Shown piece by piece: positions 24,224 through 32,000 of a DNA stretch of 32,000 bases. Numbering within the stretch: position 1 is the first letter of the stretch; each line of letters opens with the position of its first letter. The notes under the pieces are model-generated. The model did not search any database. It saw nothing but the letters and a program-made list of their open reading frames with translations, and was not told where the DNA came from. A program made the translations under genes and the position numbers. Where the stretch lies: the NCBI GenBank assembly GCA_002794465.1, contig MTSL01000219.1, positions 52,194-84,193 on the forward strand, written 5' to 3'. This DNA is from Paramicrosporidium saccamoebae KSL3 (Eukaryota; Fungi; Cryptomycota).

Positions 24224-25015
24224 ATGTTCTCGCGTAGCCTGAAAAGCCTGCCACCCTGCACCTTATGCAAATTTAATGCTAGATACTTTTCCTCAAGGAG
24301 AAGTAAAGACCGCAAGGAAGGGAGCGATACAGCCCCTCAGAGTCTTCCAAAATACATAATCGGGGAAGGGCGATGTTTTGAAGTAGACATTGATTCAGTT
24401 TCAGCTGACATGAATCTTGCGGTGGAACATTTACGAGCGGAATTTTCTCGTTTACGGGTTGGCAGGGCTTCTAGCGGTATGTATCTTGTACGTTCACTCA
24501 TAGCTAGCACTCGTGGAGAATGTCAAGGTAAAGATTTCCAACGGCGGCACCATGCCTCTTGGTAAGCTTGGAAGCTTTATAACCAAAGATTCACAGACCC
24601 TGATCATGAATGTTTTTGATCTCACAGTAAAAATTAGTCATGAGGTTAATGGTTAGAATGTCAAATGTGTAGGGTCTACCTTGCAAACAGCCGGGATGGA
24701 CTTGACTGTAACTACTGAAGGAAGCAAGGTTACCATTGTCCTCCCAAAGTATTATAAGAACTAACACATTACTGATTACATAGAGTCACAAAGGAGTTGA
24801 GAGAAAAGATGGCCAAGGGACTAAGTGAACAGGCTGAGATTGCAAAGCGCATTGTGAGGGATATCAGGACTACTGCCCTCAATTCGACAACTAGCGCTAT
24901 CAAAGACCTTGATCTAAAGCGTCGAGTCGAGATGAGTACGCAAAAGGTTTATTCGTCCATCATGAAGAAAATTGAAGATCAGGTGTCTATAAAGCAAAAA
25001 GAAATACTGGCATAA
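24224..25015 (+). CDS. MRRF: Mitochondrial ribosome recycling factor (4 exons)
   Basis: Spliced translation EHLRAEFSRLRVGRASSALVENVKV...PLGKLG...LIMNVFD...VTIVLPKVTKELREKMAK...AEIAKRIVRDIR; basic mitochondrial presequence. Confidence 0.88.
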
Positions 25016-25039
25016 TTTCTTAAATAGCATTGCACTTTT

Positions 25040-25851
25040 ATGGAACCGATAGAGAGTGAGTCTCAGCGGCAATTGCAAGAGCTGCTGTCAGTAGTTTCAC
25101 ATAACGAAGCACGAATTAGGTTGGTTTGATGCCATTAATACTTACTTTTAACAGGGCACTTGCAGATATTTTGAAGAAGCAGATAGCGGATGCCCGTCCT
25201 GAATGCAGGCTCTTCATTGCCGATGATAGTGCGCCCATCAATGAGACTGATGGTCAGGTCAAAGCGACACCTGGTCTCGGTGGTGTAAGTGATCTTAATG
25301 GTCAAATTAAAGCGACATCTGGACCCAGTAGTACAAATGAGTTTGATGGTCCAATTAAGGCGGAATCTGGTCCCAGCCATACAGACAATACCCTAAAAGT
25401 CAAACATGAAGAAAAAGAACCATCTGAATCCACATTGCGTCCTCTTGTTGCACCAAGCGCACCAGACGCATCAAACACATCAAACACATCACGGAAAGTG
25501 GCTGTTGAAAAAGTTGATTGGAAGTCCCCATTGCAGGCTTGTTGTAGAGAGTTACAAAACGACATTACTTCCAATACCCTCAAAAATTCTGATGCCCTAA
25601 AGAATACCGATTCTCTCAAAATTACCGCCCGCTCTACGGGCCCCACCTGGGACGCCATCTTTGAATCCTTTAATATTGAGGCTGATGCCTCAATTACAGT
25701 TCAGCAAGTTCATCGCGACATTTGTATTTTGTGTCTTGATCAAATTTTCTCGTCATCATCAAAAGCTGACGCTTTAGTGGTCAAGGAAGCGTGGGCTAAA
25801 TTTGAAGCAGCCATAGTTTCAATCTATAGTCTTGCTAAAAATGATGTATAG
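25040..25851 (+). CDS. Hypothetical protein with three internal 16-aa repeats (2 exons)
   Basis: Short first exon MEPIESESQRQLQELL... joins through a GTTGGT...TAACAG intron into the 25126-25851 frame. No recognised domain. Confidence 0.6.
25240..25383 (+). repeat. In-frame 48-bp tandem repeat, 3 degenerate copies
   Basis: Encodes NETDGQVKATPGLGGV / SDLNGQIKATSGPSST / NEFDGPIKAESGPSHT. Confidence 0.8.
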
Positions 25852-25946
25852 CTCATTAACAGTGTATTTCGTTGCCATGGTATCGCCCAGCTTTGTTTAT
25901 AAGAGCATCCTGTGCAAACAGCCAGCAACACTGGTTGCTCTCGCGT

Positions 25947-26456
25947 ATGATCTCCGTTACGACCGCTACATCTTCAGAGTCAGAGCGACGACAAGCAGTT
26001 CTTGATGCCAAGAAATGCCAAGATCTGAACAGACAGATGAGGAGCCTGAAGCTCGAGATTATGGACAAGGATCAACGCATAGCGTCTCTCAATCGAGAAC
26101 TCCAAGACCGTGATCGACTGATCTCGGCCTTGAAACGCAAGCAAGAGCTGCATCCAAAGCCAACAGTTAACACAGTTAACGCAGTTCGCGCAGCTAGAGC
26201 GGCTAACACACTTAGCACACTTAACACCATTAAGGCTGTTTCGCGTCCCATAGTGCGCACCGTCCCGATGCATCATACTAGTACGGCTGCAGTGAAAAAG
26301 CCAGTTCCGCCATTCATCAGCTACTGCGCACACCATCGCAATGAACTAAAGGCGAGAAATCCAAACATCTCAGCCACTGATGTGACGCGCATTTTGAGTC
26401 AGCAATGGCGTGCTCTTTCGGCTACGCAACAGCAAAAATATGCTGGAGCCAACTAG
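25947..26456 (+). CDS. Coiled-coil plus C-terminal HMG-box protein
   Basis: Coiled coil QDLNRQMRSLKLEIMDKDQRIASLNRELQDRDRLISALK and HMG box KKPVPPFISYCAHHRNELKARNPNISATDVTRILSQQWRALSATQQQKY. The start is uncertain and may be spliced to the upstream orphan. Confidence 0.8.
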   Translation: MISVTTATSSESERRQAVLDAKKCQDLNRQMRSLKLEIMDKDQRIASLNRELQDRDRLISALKRKQELHPKPTVNTVNAVRAARAANTLSTLNTIKAVSRPIVRTVPMHHTSTAAVKKPVPPFISYCAHHRNELKARNPNISATDVTRILSQQWRALSATQQQKYAGAN

Positions 26457-26606
26457 GTCCTCCACGAGGGGAAATAAAAAGGCTATTAAGCAGTATCTGC
26501 TCATAATTTGTAATCCTGATAGCTATCCTACAATCGGGTGTGTTGAGGATGGTGGTCTATAATGACACCTTTAATAAATACATACTCTCGTGTACCAACA
26601 GGGCTT

Positions 26607-27019
26607 TTAGTGATGGTGCGTATCCTGCTTAAACTGCTGTCCACAGTATCCACATGTTCCAGTGCCACTCGTATCATCCTATAGTCAGGGTCAGCAAATT
26701 TTGCAAGTACGAGATTGATGAACACTTTTGGATGTCCCAGCAGCCCGCCTCCATCGCAAGCAACAGTTCGAGCTTTAATCGAAAGGACAGGTGTTTGCTT
26801 CAGTAATTCGATAGCGGATAATGGTCTTGGCTGGCTGTCAAGATTTACCTCAATAAAACGAGGTCCGACCATTGCGTCATTTTTTGGGCGTTGCCGCTGA
26901 CTCCACACTGTTGCTCTGTTTGGGGCTTGCGGGGAGGCACTTCCGACAGCCGTGGGAACCTTGGATTCCGTGCCGAGTTGTCGGAAAAGATTTTTATAGA
27001 ACTGCCGTGGAATCGTCAT
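26607..27019 (-). CDS. NDUFS6: Complex I zinc-finger subunit NDUFS6 / 13 kDa-A (2 exons)
   Basis: [25 protein letters not shown]...AIELL...[17 protein letters not shown], then intron GTACTT...CTATAG, then [16 protein letters not shown]. Confidence 0.92.
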
Positions 27020-27248
27020 TGAAAATATGCAGGCCGCTAACAGTCTAAATAGGTTTTACTTAAAGAGCACATTCTAATGCCGATTGCTAACCAATCAGCA
27101 CAGTACAGCTCGACTGATGATGGCGATATATGGCTTATTCGATAGGTCTTGCTGTGTAAACTGTCTCTCACATACTATAAAAATACATTCCACCACCCTC
27201 TATCATTAACTTTCAACGACCCATGCTTCTTGGGCGTTCAAAGCAACG

Positions 27249-28268
27249 ATGGATGTATCTTCGCTAAGTGGCCCTAATGAATGGGCATTTTTGGGAGAGG
27301 GTGGGGCTCATATTGTCTTTAAATATGTCGGACGCGATGAGAGTTTGGTACTTGCCAGATCACACATGTTTATCAACTAGACTGGACTTGCTCTGCGACT
27401 CTCCAAGAGCAACAAAAAGAAGGGCAGTCTTGAGCTAGTCACTGCGATAGCACGATTTGGACTACAAAAATATACTGAGTGCCCCAAGGCCGCCTTTTTT
27501 ACACCAGAATTTGCTCGTGTGCTGCTAGATTCAGTGCTGGCACACAGGGCGCTTCATAGACTCCGTGTGCCTGTTGAACTTGACACGGTGGCATGGCTGT
27601 ATCCTAATTACCATGATTCGTCCAAAGACGACGGTTTATTTTATTCTGTGGAAATCAAGGTAATTGCACTTTGATCAACATGACATTTGTAGCCCAAATG
27701 GCATGGTGCTCTTCATTTCATTACAGAGGCGGTTGATAGCAACTCTCCAAGGCATTATGAACTCTGCCGATTTTGTAATCACAACTACAGCATTCAAAGG
27801 ATTGTTTCCAAAGTGCCCCGATACTGTCCCGCCTCTCTCTTCTCGTGCCATTTAAAAGAGATTCGCCATGCCATCGAATGTCTTGGACAGGAGCCGAGAA
27901 ATAATCTGCGAGTATTTGTAAATGGGATTTCAGTCTCTCCCAATGAGCTTAATGTTTCAGCCAGAGCGGCAGTGACAAAACACTTGGGTCGTGATGTCTT
28001 TCTCTCACAATTTTCAAAAGTATTATGTTCCATTTGGAAAGAGGTCTTGTTGGGATACCGCCAAGGCCAAACTGATGATCCTAAATGGCGATTCTTGTTG
28101 AGGGAGGCTGTGATGCTCCGGGATTGTTCATTTATACTTCGTTGCTTTGGCAATGGCACTTTTGAGATCAAGTTGATCGATCTTGAGCACAAAAGCGACT
28201 CCAAAATTGATTACTATATTTTTGAAGTCCAGCAAATGGCCAACCTATTACCAGAGCATTTTGTATAG
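27249..28268 (+). CDS. IPK1: Inositol-pentakisphosphate 2-kinase Ipk1 (3 exons)
   Basis: Motifs WAFLGEGGAHIVFKY, LRLSK, SVEIK|PKW, CRFC, YCPASLFS, LRDCSFIL and KLIDLEHKS. Confidence 0.85.
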
Positions 28269-28330
28269 ACCAATTAATATTATACTGCGTAGTGGAGGAG
28301 GGGAAATACCACGTACTAAGTCAGGCGGAA

Positions 28331-28383
28331 AGAGCCAAAAAGAGACGAGAAGGGACGAAAAGAGACGAAAAGAGGTGAAAAGA
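28331..28383 (+). repeat. Purine-rich 10-bp degenerate tandem repeat (AGAGACGAAA, about 5 copies)
   Basis: Units AGAGCCAAAA AGAGACGAGA AGGGACGAAA AGAGACGAAA AGAGGTGAAA between the convergent IPK1 and GH19 genes. Confidence 0.6.
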
Positions 28384-28511
28384 AAACTGGTCCGCTGTCG
28401 CTCTCATGGTTGATCCAACAGCCTACTTATAGTCTCACAAATAACCTAATAATCCTAAAATATCCAGCTAATCAGTCCTCCACATCATGATTATGTATTA
28501 TGTGAACCAGG

Positions 28512-29204
28512 TTAGCATCCCTCCAGCTTGCCCGGATTGCCTGATACAATTCCCCATTTATCGAGAATGTCGTTGTAAATGGCAAGTCTCTCTCTGGCCT
28601 TGTCACCAGCGGGGCATTCCAGCGCATTGATAATCTTTATAGAAGGTCCCAAATTGTACTCTTCAATGTCGGCGAGTTTCAAGGCAGGCCTTACTCTCTT
28701 TGTCCAGAACCATAATGCTGTTCGGAAAGCACCTTCAGGCTCTGACACCAGATTAGGGTTTGTAACGAGTCTGTTATCTTGGTAAACATCTGAGCTGGCT
28801 TCTTGATAGTTGTAATCGTGTGTTAATTGAATGATTCCTCGGCCATAGTACTGTCCGTATGGACAAGCACCAGTTTTGCAGTCCATCTCTTCCATGTGCT
28901 GTAGAGCGCCAGTTTCCCAGACAGCGTTTGCCATAAACATTGCCTGCTCCTTGAGCGGCATGCTCGGAATGACATACTTTTGGAATGCATCATATAGACT
29001 CTGACTGGGATCAGGGACAATCCCAGGGCCAGCCGCACTTGTTTTCTTGTATGCTTGCACCGCTATCTTGAACTGATCGAATGTGGGGCCAGTATAGTTA
29101 GTGCTTGGGAGGGAAGCGCTATAATCAGCCGAGGGAAAGGCCTGGATTCGGTGCAGTAAATCAGATGTTGCTAAAGCCGCAGCAAGCGATTTGAAATAGA
29201 TCAT
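28512..29204 (-). CDS. GH19 chitinase, copy 1
   Basis: FMANAVWETGALQHMEE (two catalytic Glu, 9 residues apart), YYGRGIIQLTHDYNY, PNLVSEPEGAFRTALWFW and IINALEC. ATG 29204 used; the ORF track starts at a GTG. Confidence 0.9.
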   Translation of the reverse strand: MIYFKSLAAALATSDLLHRIQAFPSADYSASLPSTNYTGPTFDQFKIAVQAYKKTSAAGPGIVPDPSQSLYDAFQKYVIPSMPLKEQAMFMANAVWETGALQHMEEMDCKTGACPYGQYYGRGIIQLTHDYNYQEASSDVYQDNRLVTNPNLVSEPEGAFRTALWFWTKRVRPALKLADIEEYNLGPSIKIINALECPAGDKARERLAIYNDILDKWGIVSGNPGKLEGC

Positions 29205-29382
29205 TGCAGTGATGGAAATACTGTAGAGCACCGACAAGAGGCAGGTTGAATTGGATGCAGTGCTTGCCACCGGTATGAAAGGCTGCGCATTTAGTCATGC
29301 GCTATAAAACTATGAATGCAGTCATGCACTTTTCGGTCGTTGGCCAATCATCAATGACTGAATTTTACTGTGGTTACAAGAA

Positions 29383-30567
29383 CTAGTTGTCTATAGGAGT
29401 TGTCGTCGGCTGTGACTCGATCTTTCCCAATGCAGTGGCCACTGCCCAGGGAGTGGTGAAGATGGTTTCATCTATAGTTTCCGTCTCGTAATATTCCATT
29501 GTTTCGGTAGTGCCAAGCTTATCGGCCCTGAAGTAGTATGGACCAACATAGCAGCCCGTCATTGTCCCTGGCCGAGTTGAGTCGATGCCCCACCGCATCA
29601 AAATCTCATTGTAGATCCTTAGTCTTTCGAGAGCGGCAGGCGCACGTCCGCCGCACTCTAGTGGCCCGTTTATGGCCATGATTGTATGTCCAAACTCGAA
29701 TCTATCAAGAGCACCGTTTTTGATTACTGGAGCAACATGGCGTTGCCAGTAATAGTGAGCGGTCTTCCAGGAAATGTCTACGCGAGTCACGAGTTCAGGT
29801 TCACGGAGTAACAAATCATTGCCAAATATGGCGTAGCTCGCATCGCGATAGTTATAGTCCCATGTTAGTTGGATACAACCACGACCAAAGTATTTGCCAT
29901 ATACACATCCACCATGCCGGCATGCAATCTCTTCAGTATGAATCAAGCCAACAGTTTCCCAAACAACGTTAGCTAGGAACATTGCCTGTTCTGAGAGGCT
30001 CATCTTCCGCGCTATCAAGTCTTGATACCAGTAGTACATTTCTATGGAAGGCTTTGGTGGATGCCCCCCTATGTTGGTGACTGAGTAAGCATCGATGGCA
30101 TCGGAGAATTCTTCATATGACGGTCTCTTTGGGATTCTTCTCCATGGCCTAGGCGTAGGTGTCGGAGTGGGGGTAGACGTTTGGCGGGTAGCCTCTGCCG
30201 TTCCAGCCTCATCCAGTGTCGTCGTGCCTGTCTCTGTATCCAGATCTTCTATAGTCTGGACTGTGCCAGTGAAATTATTTGACAGAGAGATTGCTTCTAT
30301 CGGAGGCTCTTTATGGCTAGGCCGAACTATCGGATAGGATTCATCTTTGCCAATTTCTCTCCATGTTCCGTGAGTCTCATTTCCTCGGTACCTCCCTGCG
30401 GGCCGGGGAGCTTCTTCGATCGGATTGGGAGCGTATTCCCAGCCATCATAATCCCAGTATTGACGTGCACGCGGTGCACCGATTGAGTCTAGTGGTCCAT
30501 TCTGGTCTTCTTCAGCCTTGACAAACACCAATGCGATCAGTACTATTAGCACCGTACCTACAACCAT
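29383..30567 (-). CDS. GH19 chitinase, copy 2 (long acidic and Thr/Pro N-terminal region plus C-terminal extension)
   Basis: Signal peptide MVVGTVLIVLIALVFVKA, TSTPTPTPTPRP linker, FLANVVWETVGLIHTEE, YFGRGCIQLTWDYNY, PELV and INGPLEC. Confidence 0.92.
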   Translation of the reverse strand: MVVGTVLIVLIALVFVKAEEDQNGPLDSIGAPRARQYWDYDGWEYAPNPIEEAPRPAGRYRGNETHGTWREIGKDESYPIVRPSHKEPPIEAISLSNNFTGTVQTIEDLDTETGTTTLDEAGTAEATRQTSTPTPTPTPRPWRRIPKRPSYEEFSDAIDAYSVTNIGGHPPKPSIEMYYWYQDLIARKMSLSEQAMFLANVVWETVGLIHTEEIACRHGGCVYGKYFGRGCIQLTWDYNYRDASYAIFGNDLLLREPELVTRVDISWKTAHYYWQRHVAPVIKNGALDRFEFGHTIMAINGPLECGGRAPAALERLRIYNEILMRWGIDSTRPGTMTGCYVGPYYFRADKLGTTETMEYYETETIDETIFTTPWAVATALGKIESQPTTTPIDN

Positions 30568-30689
30568 GGAACAGTCGACTCCATACTCTGCATTTCAGGG
30601 TACGCAAAGACAAACAATGGCGTTGCTATGTCACCTATTCATGGTTGGTTTATTCAGAAACTTTGTATATCTTACATGCATTTACTGGT

Positions 30690-31502
30690 TTAACAGCCGT
30701 CCATCTTGCCCGGAGATCCTGTGGCGATTCCCCACTTGTTGAGGATCTCGTTATAGATGGCCAGGCGATTCTTGGCACTCTGATTGGCAGGGCATTCAAT
30801 ACCATTGATCATTTTGATTGTAGGTCCGAGGATATAGTTGTCCGCAGCCTTTACCTCTTTAATCTTGGGAACAACACGCTTGTTCCAGAACCATAAGGCT
30901 GTACGCCATGTACCTTCGGGCTTGGCCACAAGAGAAGGATCTGTGACCAGACGATCGTCTTTGTAAATATCTGTGCTGGCCTCCTTGTAGTTATAGTCGT
31001 GAGTAAGATGAAGACCTCCACGTCCATAATATTTACCATATGCACAAGATCCTGTCTTGCAGGCAACTTCTTCGAAGTGCTGCAAGCCTGCTGTCTCCCA
31101 GATAATATTGGCCAAGAAGAGTGCTTGTTCCTTCAAAGACATGTCTTTGGACACATACTTGACATATGCATCATAGATGTCCTTGCTAGGCGCTGGTGGG
31201 GTGCCCCCTGCGCTGGTTTTTGCATACCCACTGACTGCAGCCGAGAACTGTTCAAAGGTCGGTGCTTGGCCGCCACCCGATGAAGCGCTGCCGCTATCTG
31301 CAGACCCCGAAGGAGAGGCTCCCGTTGAGGATCCTGCGGAGGCGCCGCTTGCTGAACTTGATCCTGCGCTAGTATTTGAAGCTGTAGTTTTAGTTAATCC
31401 ATTTTCAGAGTTTAGTTTTGCAGCATTAAGAATATCCACGGGAAGAGCTGCGATTGAGGGAATGGCTAATACGATTAAGGGAACTATGGAAGAGAGAATC
31501 AT
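30690..31502 (-). CDS. GH19 chitinase, copy 3 (Ser/Gly-rich linker)
   Basis: Signal peptide MILSSIVPLIVLAIPSIAA, FLANIIWETAGLQHFEE, YYGRGGLHLTHDYNY, WRTALWFW and MINGIEC. Confidence 0.92.
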   Translation of the reverse strand: MILSSIVPLIVLAIPSIAALPVDILNAAKLNSENGLTKTTASNTSAGSSSASGASAGSSTGASPSGSADSGSASSGGGQAPTFEQFSAAVSGYAKTSAGGTPPAPSKDIYDAYVKYVSKDMSLKEQALFLANIIWETAGLQHFEEVACKTGSCAYGKYYGRGGLHLTHDYNYKEASTDIYKDDRLVTDPSLVAKPEGTWRTALWFWNKRVVPKIKEVKAADNYILGPTIKMINGIECPANQSAKNRLAIYNEILNKWGIATGSPGKMDGC

Positions 31503-31950
31503 TGTGTGTGTTGTCCTACCTAGCTTTCCTTATAATAGCTGAATGCAGCATCTCTTACAATGTACTACCATGAACCTTTCACATCAAGGCTGGGTAAACA
31601 TTATGTTTCACAGCGTCATCTTTGATATAGGTTTCTTGATTTTACTCGTGACTTATGATTGGTTAATCGTTAGACGGTTAGAAATTTTAGTGCCAATCTG
31701 CAAGTCTCTACTCTTGGATTATTAGATGCTACTAGACTTGGCTGACCAACGCTTGTGCTGATAATCCATAATAAAATTTACTTTTGGATTACTCAGTGCC
31801 ACTGTAATAAGTTGGATAGCACTCTAAGCCACTGGGCTATCACTCCGGACTTGCAGTTAATTACCCAAGCCCAACGATGGACACGCTATATATATGCACT
31901 CATAGTTGGTTTATTCAGAAACTTTGTGTATCCCACATACGTTCACCAGT

Positions 31951-32000
31951 TTAACAGCCGTCCATCTTGCCCGGAGATCCTGTGGCGATTCCCCACTTGT
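31951..32000 (-). CDS. GH19 chitinase, copy 4 (3' end only; gene continues beyond the window)
   Basis: 31951-32000 is identical over 50 of 50 nt to the 3' end of copy 3 (30690-30739), encoding KWGIATGSPGKMDGC*, with a homologous 3' flank. Confidence 0.85.
   Translation of the reverse strand, partial: KWGIATGSPGKMDGC

Noticed and set aside
25947-26456. HMG-box gene as a mating-type (sexP/sexM-like) locus
   Set aside because: It is not flanked by the triose-phosphate transporter and RNA helicase genes, and the box resembles non-specific HMGB-type rather than MATA-HMG motifs.

Overview
This is gene-dense eukaryotic DNA, not prokaryotic. It holds about 26 protein-coding genes split by very short GT-AG introns (about 24-38 nt), with many intergenic spacers of only 16-100 bp, so most ORF-track entries are exon fragments or antisense shadows. 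Gene order: CNOT1/Not1 (partial), a Vps54 N-terminal-only ORF, SWT1, pantothenate kinase, Sgf73/ataxin-7-like, a catalytically degenerate GPI-type chitin deacetylase, a possible RING pseudogene, ATR/Mec1, OXA1, POLD2, NAA10, COQ10, a single-pass membrane protein with a Frizzled-type cysteine-rich domain, ATG8, RRP17/NOL12, ALDH8A1-like, TMEM106/LEA_2-like, RNASEH2C, mitochondrial RRF, an orphan with 16-aa repeats, an HMG-box protein, NDUFS6, IPK1, and a tandem array of at least four GH19 chitinases running off the right edge. Tiny introns, extreme compaction, GH19 chitinases and retained mitochondrial translation and Complex I genes together suggest a Rozellomycota/early microsporidian relative such as Paramicrosporidium. 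That assignment is inference, not verified. The main leads are the expanding GH19 array, the Frizzled-CRD receptor-like protein, the pseudo-deacetylase, the truncated Vps54, and two unusually long structured intergenic regions that may be ncRNAs. All gene models were spliced by hand, so exon boundaries and start codons need RNA-seq confirmation.
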